Positions 1 through 11,254 of a stretch of 64,000 nucleotides of DNA are shown piece after piece. Origin of the DNA: Blepharisma stoltei ATCC 30299 (lineage: Eukaryota > Protista > Ciliophora); assembly GCA_965603825.1 (NCBI GenBank), contig CBFDEM010000032.1, forward strand, positions 744,001 through 808,000, given 5' to 3'. Under the pieces are notes generated by a model. It worked only from the letters and a program-made list of their open reading frames with translations, was not told the DNA's origin and did no database searches. Position numbers and translations under genes: made by a program. Numbering within the stretch: position 1 is the first letter of the stretch; every line of letters begins with the position of its first letter.

Positions 1-2005
1 TTGTTCAACAATTAAGGCCAATTCTAGTCTTTATGATCCGCCACTAATTCAAGCTTACCAAGATTATCTCAAAGCTTATCAACTAAAAACATCTCTTTAT
101 AATATTACAAGAGATAAAGGAAGCAGGAGAACATATTTAACTATTTATAACACTGAAACTGAAACCCAAGAAGTCAAAACCTTGCAGACTCCAGAACCAC
201 TAGACGGTTCTACGTGCATAACTCAACTTCCAAATGGCAAGCTGTTCTGTTTTGGTAATAATACATCTTCAGGAATTACAGTGCTGATTGATGTGGATGG
301 TGGAGCCGAAGTGCTGCCATCAGGAACAAAAAAATGGTATTTATTTTTTATAATTTAGTAGCACCCATCTGGAACTCCTTGCAAACGCTCATCATGTATC
401 TATTTCAACAACAGCGTCTATTGCTTTGGAGGAGCACATAAAGATTATTTAACTCTATCGAGTAGATTTGATTTGGATCAAAATCGATGAATTAAATTAA
501 CTCCAATGCCAGAAGGTGATTGCTATTGCTCTAGTATAATATTTAATGGAAATATTTTGATTTCTGGAAAATTTAGTAGAAATCTTTGGTTATACTCAAT
601 TGATATTGACTCTTTCTCGACAATTCCTTATGAGTTTAAATATAATAAAAGAAAGATCCTGATAAATGCAGAGAGACTCTATTTGATTGAATGCCCTGGA
701 TCAATCTATGAAAGCGAAATTGGAAGTTACTCGAATTGGAGAAGAATAGCAGAATCAGAAATCAATTCTGATTTAGTGTTTAGTTCATATAATAAAGGAG
801 GAATATACATCTCAAATATTTATGCATCGGATAAATATTATTTTTTTAATTTAGATCAAAAAATCATTATTAATATTGCTTACTATGATAGGAATATCGC
901 ACTTAGAAGAGTAGGTAAAAAGATTGAAGTAATAAATTGCAATGTCAATTTTAAGCTTGATTCTAATTATCTGGATGAATGAAGTCTAAAAGGCAATACT
1001 CTAAAGACTTTAGGAGAAAAATTAGAAAAAATCAAATACTGTGACGAATTCATCAAACTCAATCCAAACAATCCTATTTATTACAATAATAAAGGCTGCG
1101 CTTTTAATGATTTAAAAAGATATCTAGAAGCAATCGAATGCTATGACGAAGCAATCAAACTCGATCCAAACAATCCTATTTGTTACTGTAATAAAGGATT
1201 CGCTTTGCTTGATTTAGAAAGATATCTAGAAGCAATCGAATGCTATGAAGAAGCAATTAAACTCAATCCAAACGATGCTATTTATTACTATAATAAAAGC
1301 AACGCTTTGTTTTATTTAAAAAGATATCTAGAAGCAACCGAATGCTATGAAGAAGCAATTAAACTCAATCCAAACGATGCTATTTGTTACTATAATAAAG
1401 GCAGCGCTTTGTTTTATTTAAAAAGATATCTAGAAGCAATCGAATGTTATGACGAAGCAATCAAACTCAATCCAAACGATGCTATTTATTACTACAATAA
1501 AGGCAATGCTTTGTCTTATTTAAAAAGATATCTAGAAGCAGTCGAATGCTTTAACGAAGCAATTAAACTCAATCCAGACCATGCTAATGTTTACTATTAT
1601 AAAGGATATTCTTTAAATAAATTAGGAAGATACTCAGAAGCACTAGAAAGCTATGAAAAAGCAATTAAAATCAATCCAAATAATGCATATTTTTATAATT
1701 GTAAAGGCGATACTCTTTATGCTTTAGAGAGATATCAGGAAGCAATGCAATGCTATAATAAGGCAATCGAACTTGTACCCAATAATCCTTTGTATTTTTG
1801 CAGCCGAGCTAGAGTATTTAATAGTCTCAGACAAGAAGAAGCAGCTTTGCAGGACTTTAATAGGGCTTATAATTTGAAGCAAGAAAATGAAGTAAGTGGT
1901 GTTTTCACTGGGGATGAATGGAACCTTTCTGAGGAGGGTATCAAGTTTATTAACGACGTATTAGGCCGAGACCGTATTGAACTACTCCAAAAAATGCATA
2001 TTTAG
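1..2005 (+). pseudogene. Kelch-like propeller + TPR array gene, copy 1 (5'-truncated by the window edge; interrupted by a 48-nt insertion carrying TAG TAG)
   Basis: Single frame from nt 2 to TAG 2003-2005 when TGA=Trp. The only true stops are TAG TAG at 356-361, inside an insertion absent from copies 2-4. Kelch-like LPNGKLFCFG and VYCFGG motifs; 34-aa TPRs (RYLEAIECYDEAIKLNP). Confidence 0.8.
1040..1580 (+). repeat. 102-nt tandem TPR-coding repeats (also ~4075-4500, ~7670-8570, ~10720-11210)
   Basis: Recurrent block agatatctagaagcaatcgaatgc..gaagcaatcaaactc.atccaaa at 102-nt period. Confidence 0.9.
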
Positions 2006-2282
2006 AATAAAATTTGACTCTAATAAGTCATCATTATAATAATTATATTTAATATTGGTTCTAGCTATATAATAATCTTAAATTTCCTTAGATATTTAAT
2101 TAAAATTCTGAAATACAATCTCTTGAGATCACAATGTAATGCTGATATTGTCCGAATATAAATAAAAAGTTTTAATTGCTTTATACTTACTTTTTTATTA
2201 CGAGTGAACACTATAAAGCTTATAATTCTGCATGATCTATAATTTTATAGCTTTACAAAATTAGATATCTAATAATTGTTAT

Positions 2283-4966
2283 ATGATGGTGAAGAAATGT
2301 TTCGTGCCAGGGTGTACGAACGAGGCTGGGCATTCATGCAAATGCTCTTCTCCTGAGATTTTATTGTGCGAAGAGCATATCGGGGAGCATGTAAACTTAC
2401 CTAACAGAGCTCATAATCTTGAATCAATGTTTATGCAGCCTTGTGAAGGGACAAAAGAAGCAATTCTTGAATTCCTTGCAGAAGAAAATTCAAAATTTAG
2501 CGAGTTGAGAAGAAAAATTATAGATTCCTTTCGCGCGCGTCTTCCTAATTCAGAGAAAGATTTAGGAGATTTCACCAAGTTGGATTGCTTCTTAGATGAA
2601 ATAAATGACTTCATTGCAAAAATTTCCCAAACTTCAAAATTATTAAAGTCAGAAGATCCAATTTTAGGATTATTGAGTTTACAGCCTCAAGAAGCTATTG
2701 AGAAAATAAAATTAATCACCACAGCCAGCAGAGATTGGTACAACGGTGCAAGGCTATTTATTATATTCAATCAAAAGTTAGAGAGTCTAAATAGATCATT
2801 CTTTACAGAAATATGCGGGGCATATCTAGATAAAAGTAATATGCAAAATACTCCTGAAATGCTGAATAAAAGTAAAGCCGCAAGTGTAGAGCCCGCAAAC
2901 GTTAAGGATTCGAATTTTTTGATAATAAATGAGAACTGTGAAAGTTTAAAAAAGTCTGAAAACGAAAATAAGCCAATAAGGCTGCTTAATTTTCAAATAA
3001 GTACTGCTTCTAATGATCTCAACAATAAATCCAAGGAAACAGAAAGCGCTTTAAGCTTTATAGATACCTTAAGAAATAAAACAGCTGAGATTTTGAGTAG
3101 ACCAAACGATCCAGAATTAGAGATAGATTTCAGAACAACTTGCTCAGCAATTCAGGCCAATTCTACTCTTTATGACCCACCACTAATGCAAGCTTACCAA
3201 GATTATCTCAAAGCTTATCAACTAAAAACATCTCTTTATAATATTGAATGAGATGAAGAAAACAATAGAACTAATTTAATTATTTATAACACTGAAACTG
3301 AAACCCAAGAAATCAAAACCTTGCAGACTCCAGAACGGCTAGACCGAGGCACTTGCATAACTCAACTTCCAAATGGCAAGCTATTCTGTTTTGGTAATAA
3401 TACATCTTCAGGAATTACAGTGCTAATTGATGTGGATGGTGGAGTCGAAGTGCTGCCATCAGGAACTCCTTGCTCTGAGTCATCATGTATTTATTTCAAC
3501 AACAGCGTCTATTGCTTTGGAGGAGAAGATAAAAATTATGATAGTTTAACTCTATCTAGTAGATTCGATTTGGATCAAAATCGATGAATTCCATTAACTC
3601 CAATGCCAAAAGCTCATTCCTCTTGCTATAGTATAATATTTAATGGAAATATTTTGATTTCTGGATCTAGTAGTAATCTTTTGTTATACTCAATTGATAT
3701 TGACTCTTTCTCGACAATTCCTTATGAGTTTCAAAACAGTCCTATTAATATCCTGATAAATGCAGAGAGACTCTATTTGATTGCATGCTTTTGAGCTGGT
3801 GAAGTGTATTGCTCATATAATAAAGGAGGAATATATATCTCAAAATCTTCTAGGTTGATTAGAAATTATTATTTTTTTAATTTAGATCAAAAAAACATTA
3901 TTGATATTGCTTACTATAATAGGCATGTCGCACTTAGAAGAGTAGATAAAAAGATTGAAGTAATAAAATGCAATATCCAGAATTTTAAGCTTTATTCTAA
4001 TTATCTGGATGAATGAAGTCTAAAAGGTAATACTCTAAAAGGTTTAGGAGATAATTTGGAAGATATTGAATGCTGTGATGAAGAAATCAAACTCAATCCA
4101 AACGAGGTTTATTTATACAAAAATAAAGGCAAAGCTTTGTTTTATTTAAAAAGATATCTAGAAGCAATCGAATGCTATGACAAGCAATCAAACTCGATCC
4201 AAAAAATGCTGATTATTACGATAATAAGGGCAATGCTTTGTTTTATTTAAAAAGATATCTAGAAGCAATCGAATACTTTGATGAAGCAATCAAACTCAAT
4301 CCAAAAAATGCTACCTTTTACTATAATAAAGGTAGAGCTTTTTATAATTTAGAAAGATATCTAGAAGCAATCGAATGCTATGACGAAGCAATCAAACTCG
4401 ATCCAAACGAAGCTTATTGTTACGGTGATAAAGGATTCACTTTGCTTGAATTAGAAAGATATCTAGAAGCAATCGAATGCTGTGACAAAGCAATCGAATG
4501 CTTTTGCAAAGCATTTAAACTCAGTTTAGACTATGCTATTATTTACTGAATGAAAAGATATGCTTTAAATAAATTAGGAAGATACTCAGAAGCAGTAGAA
4601 AGTCATGAAGAAGCAATCAAAAGCTATCCAAATAATGCCAGATTTTATAATAGTAAAGGCAATAATCTTTATTTTTTAGAGAGATATCAAGAAGCTATTC
4701 AATGCTATGATGAGGCAATCACACTTGAACCCAATAATCCTTTGCATTTCTGCAGCCGAGCTAGAGTATTTAATAGTCTCAGACAAGAAGAAGCAGCTTT
4801 GCAGGACTTTAATAGGGCTTATAATTTGAAGCAAGAAAATCAAGTAAGTGGTGTTTTCACTGGGGATGAATGGAACCTTATTGAGGAGGATATCAAGTTT
4901 ATTAACGACGTATTAGGCCGAGACCGTATTGAACTACTCAAAAAAAAAAATGCATATTTAGAATAA
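2283..4966 (+). pseudogene. B-box-like Zn finger/coiled-coil/Kelch-like/TPR gene, copy 2 (frameshifted)
   Basis: ORFs 2283, 3321, 3603, 3804 and 4056 are in one frame, separated only by TGA. 1-nt deletion near 4181 (gacaagcaatc vs gacaaagcaatc/gacgaagcaatc), in-frame deletion near 3790, A-run slippage near 4940. N-terminus CFVPGC-x7-CKC-x7-CEEH-x3-H-x7-H. Confidence 0.8.
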
Positions 4967-5142
4967 AATTTGATTCTAATAAATCTTTATCTATCTACAT
5001 AAATCAGCCTTTGAGATGGATTTCCTTCAGTATCTTGAATTTTTTGTTTCAAACTTTTAATGGAATCGGGTGAGCTGACTTCAAACTCGTAATATTCTCC
5101 CTCAAATTTTTAACTGGAATTAAAAAGTTTTCGGCAATGTAG

Positions 5143-5547
5143 CTTCATGCTTCGAAACGAAGGAGTATCAGAGCACCGTCATATATATTAAACTCAAAGT
5201 ATTTTCTAAAATGTGACATTTCCATAAGAAGCTGTTCACAAATATCAATAAGCCCTTATAATGAATTCAACTTTTTCTTCACTGCAAATTTAAGAGTTTA
5301 TGCAATTACTAGACAGTATCAAATACGGGAAAGCGAAGAATACAATGAGTATGCTTGAAAGTTAGTTGGGGGAATGGCAGTGATTGGCTCTCCTCTAAAT
5401 CACGCAGTTTTCCAGCTAACCCAAAAAGAGTCAAAATTTTTTGGAATAAGGCAATCACAAAATGTAGGTTATTATAATTTTAATTTCAAATCAAAAAAGT
5501 TTGAAAAGATTGAGAAGGGAAAGAAACCTGCCTGCAGCATCATTTAA
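5143..5547 (+). pseudogene. 3' fragment of a diverged Kelch-like family paralog ending in CaaX (CSII)
   Basis: Hand translation with TGA=W: ...SKYFLKCDISIRSCSQISISPYNEFNFFFTANLRVYAITRQYQIRESEEYNEYAWKLVG...GYYNFNFKSKKFEKIEKGKKPACSII*. It aligns by eye to LWLYSIDIDSFSTIPYEF...AERLYLI...IYESEIGSYSNW...YYFFNLDQK. No upstream start (TAG at 5140). Confidence 0.6.
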
Positions 5548-5804
5548 CACTAATAATTTAGATATTTAATTAAAATCCTCAAATACAATCTCTTGAGATC
5601 GCAATGCAATGCTGATCTTGTCCGAATATAAATAAAAAGTTTTAATTGCTTTATACTTACTTTTTTATTACGAATGAACACTATAAAGCTTATAATTCTG
5701 CATGATCTATAATTTTATTATAAGCTGCCATTTTGCTTTTACTCATTTGAAAAAGGATTAGAATGCATATAGCTTTACAAAATTAGATATCTAATAATTA
5801 TTAT

Positions 5805-8619
5805 ATGATGGTGAAGAAATGTTTCGTGCCAGGGTGTATGAACGAGGCTGGGCATTCATGCAAATGCTCTTCTCCTGAAACTTTATTGTGTGGAGAGCAC
5901 ATCGGGGAGCATGTAAACTTACCTAATAGAGCTCATAATCTTGAATCAATTTTTATGCAGCCTTGTGAAGGGACAAAAGAAGCAATTCTTGAATTCCTTG
6001 CAAAAGAAAATTCAAAATTTAGCGAGTTGAGAAGAAAAATTATAGATTCCTTTCGCCAGCGTCTTCCTAATTCAGAGAAAGATTTAGGAGATTTCACTAA
6101 GTTGGATTGCTACTTAGATGAAATAAATGACCTCATTGCAAAAATTTCCCAAACTTCAAAATTATTAAAGTCAGAAGATCCAATTTTAGGATTATTGAGT
6201 TTACAGCCTCAAGAAGCTATTGAGAAAGTTAAATTGATGACCAAAAACAGCAGAGATTGATACAACGGTGCAAAGCTATTTATTATATTCAATCAAAAGT
6301 TAGAAAGCCTAAATAGATCATTCTTTACAGAAATATGCGGGTCATATCTAGATAAAAGTAATATGCAAAATACTCCTGAAATGCATAATAAAAATAAAGC
6401 CGCAAGTGTAGCAAACGTTAACAATTCGATTTCCATGATTTCAATGATAATAAATGAGAACTGTGGAAGTTTAAAAAGGTCTGAAAAAGCAAGCAAGCCA
6501 ATAAAATTGCTTAATTCTCAAATAAGCACTGCTTCTAATGATCTCAACAATAAATCCAAGGAAACAGAAAGTGCTTTAAGCGTCATAGATACCTTAAGAA
6601 ATAAAACAGCTGAGATTTTGAGTAGACCGAACAATCCAGAATTAGAGATAGATTTCAGGACAACTTGTTCAACAATACAGGCGAATTCTAGTCTTTATGA
6701 CCCACCACTAATGCAAGCTTACCAAGATTATCTCAAAGCATATCAACTAAAAACATCTCTTTATAATCTTAGAGAAGATAGCAATGGAACTAACTTAATT
6801 ATTAATAACACTGAAACTGAAACCCAAGAAGTCAAAACCTTGCAGACTCCAGAACCACTAGACAAGACAACTTGCATAACTCAACTTCCAAATGGCAAGC
6901 TATTCTGTTTTGGTAATAATAAACACTCAGGAATTGCAGTGCTAATTGATGTAGATGGTGGAGTCGAAGTGCTGCCATCAGGAACTCCTTGCTCTGGCTC
7001 ATCATGTATCTATTTCAACAACAGCATCTATTGCTTTGGAGGGAGAGATGAAAATGATTATGCTTTTACTCTATCTATTAGATTTGATTTGGATCAAATC
7101 GATGAATTCAATTAACTCCAATGCCAAAATCTGATTACTCTTGCTCTAGTATAATATTTAATGGAAATATTTTGATTTCTGGAGATTATAGTGAATATCT
7201 TTGGTTATACTCAATTGATATTGACTCTTTCTCGACAATTCCTTATGAGTTTAAATATAATGATAGAAAGATCCTGATAAATGCAGAGAGACTCTATTTG
7301 ATTGAATGCCCTGGATATTTGATTGAATGCCGTGGATCAATCTATGAAAGCGAAATTGGAAGCTACTCGAATTGGAGAAGAATAGCAGAATCAAAATTCA
7401 ATTTTAATCAAGTGTTTTGTTCATATAATAAAGGAGGAATATACATCTCAGATATTTATGATTCGGCTGAAGAATATTATTTTTTTAATTTAGATCAAAA
7501 AATCATTATTGATATTGCTTACTATAGTCAGCATGTCGCACTTAGAAGAGTAGGTAAAAAGATTGAAGTAATAAAATGCAATGTCGATTTTAAGCTTGAT
7601 TCTAATTATCTGGATGAATGAGGCTATACTCTAAGGACTTTAGGAGAAGATTTGGAACGAATTGAACCCTATGACAAAGCAATCAAACTCAATCCAGGTG
7701 TTGATTCTTACACTTTAAAAGGGAACACTTTGTATTATTTAGAAAGATATCTAGAAGCAATCGAATGCTATGAAGAAGCAATCAAACTCGATCCAAACAA
7801 TGCTAAATTTTACGATCTTAAAGGATAAGCTTTGTTTAATTTAGAAAGATATCTAGAAGCAATCGAATGCTTTGACGAAGCAATCAAACTCAATCCAAAC
7901 AATGCTAACTTTTACGATATTAAAGGATTAGCTTTGTCTCATTAGAAAGATATCTAGAAGCAATCGAATGCTTTGACGAAGCAATCAAACTCAATCCAAA
8001 CGAAGATTATTTTTACAATAGTAAAGGCAGGGCTTTTTCTAATTTAAGAAGATATCTAGAAGCAATCGAATGCTATGACGAAGCAATCAAACTCGATCCA
8101 AACAATGCTAACTTTTACGATATTAAAGGATTAGCTTTGTTTGATTTAGAAAGATATCTAGAAGCAATCGAATGCTTTGACGAAGCAATCAAACTCAATC
8201 AAAACAATGCTAACTTTTACGATATTAAAGGATTAGCTTTGTTTAATTTAGAAAGATATCTAGAAGCAATCGAATATTTTGACGAAGCAATCAAACTCGA
8301 TCCAAACAAAAATAGCTTTTACAATAATAAAGGATTAGCTTTGTCTCATTTAGAAAGATATCTAGAAGCAATCGAATGCTATGACGAAGCAATTAAACTC
8401 GATCCAAAAAATGCTACCTTTTACAATTATAAAGGCGACGCTTTTTATAATTTAGAAAGATATCTAGAAGCAATCGAATGCTATGACAAAGCAATCAAAC
8501 TCGATCCAAAAAATGATGATTATTGCAATAATAAAGGCAAAGCTTTGTCTAATTTACAAAGATATCGAGAAACAATCAAACCTAAGAATTCATGCTTTTC
8601 TAAATGCATAATTATCTAA
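5805..8619 (+). pseudogene. B-box-like/coiled-coil/Kelch-like/TPR gene, copy 3, C-terminal CaaX (CIII)
   Basis: Paralogous to copy 2. 1-nt deletion near 7099 (caaatcga vs caaaatcga), in-frame TAA at 7826-7828 (tta in sister repeats), 1-nt deletion near 7942. Eight RYLEA TPR units. Confidence 0.85.
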
Positions 8620-8756
8620 TTTCTTATTTAAGGCTCTTATATATCAAATTTTAATTAAAATTTTCATAAATATACCTTGCCTAGCTGAAGTTATAATTAG
8701 AGCTGCTTGGCCAAATGTATATAGCTTTAAAACACTAGATATCTAATAATTATTAT

Positions 8757-11254
8757 ATGATGGTGAAGAAATGTTTCGTGCCAGGGTGTATGAACGAGGC
8801 TGGGCAATTATGCAAGTGCTCTTCTCCTGAAATTTTATTGTGCGAAGAGCACACCGGGGAGCATGTAAACTTACCTAATAGAGCTCATAATCTTGAATCA
8901 ATTTTTATGCAGCCTTGTGAAGGGACAAAAGAAGCAATTCTTGAATTCCTTGCTAAAGAAAAGTCAAAATTTAGCGAGTTGAGAAGAAAAATTATAGATT
9001 CCTTTCGCCAGCATCTTCCTAATCCTGAGAAAGGTTTAGGAGACTTCACTAAGTTGGATTGCTACTTAGATGAAATAAATGACCTCATTGCAAAATTTTC
9101 CCAAACTTCAAAATTATTAAAGTCAGAAGATCCAATTTTAGGATTATTGAGTTTACAGCCTCAAGAAGCTATTGAGAAAATAAAATTAATGACCACAGTC
9201 AGCAGAGATTGATACAACGGTGCAAGGCTATTTATTATATTCAATCAAAAGTTAGAAAATCTAAATAGATCCTTCTTTACAGAAATATGCGGGGCATATC
9301 TAGATAAAAGTAATATGCAAAATACTCCTGAAATGCTGAATAAAAGTAAAGCCGCAAGTTTAGAGCCATCAAACGTTTAATTAGTCTAAATTATTTTTGC
9401 TTTATTGATTTTTTTCTATTTTATGCATCAAAATGTAATGACTTGATAATGTGCCTCCAGCATTTTACTTCCAATAAAGCTTCGATTTCCTTGATAATAA
9501 ATGAAAACTGTGAAAGTTTAAAAAGATTTGAAAACGCAAACAAGCCAATAAGGTTACTTAATTTTCATATAAGCACTGCTTCTAATGATCTCAACAATAA
9601 ATCCAAGGAAACAGAAAGTGCTTTAAGCTTTATAGATACCATAAGAAATAAAACAGCTGAGATTTTGAGTAGACCAAATAATCCAGAATTAGAGATAGAT
9701 TTCAGAACAACTTGTTCAGCAATTCAGGCCCATTCTAGTCTTTATGATCCACCACTAATGCAAGCTTACCAAGACTATCTCAAAGCTTATCAGCTAAAAA
9801 CATCTCTTTATAATCTTAAATGAGATAGCAATGGAACTAAATTAATTATTTATAACACTGAAACTGAAACCCAAGAAGAAATCAACACCTTGCAGACTCC
9901 AGAACGGCTAGACTCTTACACTTGCATAACTCAACTTCCAAATGGCAAACTATTCTGTTTTGGTAACTGTCCAGCTTCTGGGATTACAGTGCTGATTGAT
10001 GTGGATGGTGGAGTCGAAGTGCTGCCATCAGGAACTCCTTGCTCTGGCTCATCATGTATCTATTTCAACAACAGCGTCTATTGCTTTGGAGGAAGTAATG
10101 AAGATGATAGTGCTTTAATATCTATTAGATTCGATTTGGATCAAAATCGATGAATTAAATTAACTCCAATGCCAAAAGCTGATTATTGGTGCAATAGTAT
10201 AATATTTAATGGAAATATTTTGATTTCTGGACATTGAAATAAAAATCTTTGATTATACTCAATTGATATTGACTCTTTCTCGACAATTCCTTATGAGTTT
10301 AAATATAATGAAAGAAAGATCCTGATAAATGCAGAGAGACTCTATTTGATTGAATGCCGTGGATCAATCTATGAAAGCGAAATTGGAAGCTACTCGAATT
10401 GGAGAAGAATAGCAGAATCAAAATTCAATTTTAATCAAGTGTTTTGTTCATATAATAAAGGAGGAATATACATCTCAAATATTTCTATATTAGATGAAGA
10501 ATATTATTATTATTTTTTTAATTTAGATCAAAAAATTATTATTGATATTGCTTACTATGGTAGGCATGCCGCACTTAGAAGAGTAGGTAAAAAGATTGAA
10601 GTAATAAAATCCAATGTCCAGAATTTTAAGCTTGATTCTAATTATCTTGATGAACGAAGTCTAAAAGACAATGCTCTAAAGACTTTAGGAGAGAAATTTG
10701 CAAAAATTGAATTCTATGACAAGCAAATCACACTCGATCCAGACAGTGCTACCTTTTACAATAAAAAATGCAATGCTTTTTATAATTGAGAAAGATATCT
10801 AGAAGCAATCGAATGCTTTGACGAAGCAATCAAACCAAAAGATGCTAATTATTACAATAAAAAAGGCCACGCTTTTTGTAATTGAGAAAGATATCTAGAA
10901 GCAATCGAATGCTATGACGGAGCAATCAAACTCGATCCAAAAGATGCTAGCTTTTATGATAATAAAGGCGACGCTTTTTATAATTTAGAAAGATATCTAG
11001 AAGCAATCGAATGCTTTGACGAAGCAATTAAACTCGATCCAAAAAATGCTATTTATTACAAGAATAAAGGCGACGCTTTTTATAATTTAAAAAGATATCG
11101 AGAAGCAATCGAATGCTTTGACGAAGCAGTCAAACTCGATCCAAAAAATGCTATTTATTACAAGAATAAAGGCGACGCTTTTTATAATTTAGAAAGATAT
11201 CGAGAAGCAATCAAACCTAAGAATTTATTCTTCTCTAAATGCATAATGATCTAA
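8757..11254 (+). pseudogene. B-box-like/coiled-coil/Kelch-like/TPR gene, copy 4, C-terminal CaaX (CIMI)
   Basis: 8757-9377 and 9476-11254 are each open with TGA=W. They are separated by a 98-nt insertion (9378-9475) that begins with an in-frame TAA. Confidence 0.8.

Noticed and set aside
337-361. Intron GTATTT...TTTAG(TAG) rescuing copy 1
   Set aside because: 22 or 25 nt long; neither matches the 15-16 nt class nor restores the frame.
1040-11210. CRISPR-like repeat/spacer pattern
   Set aside because: The period is 102 nt, in frame, and the 'spacers' are homologous TPR helices; eukaryotic context with no cas genes.
1-11254. Diversity-generating retroelement behind the hypervariable NNY-rich codons
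   Set aside because: No reverse transcriptase or invariant template repeat in the window, and variable codons include tta/aga/agg/cga. Ordinary positive selection explains the position-1/2 bias.
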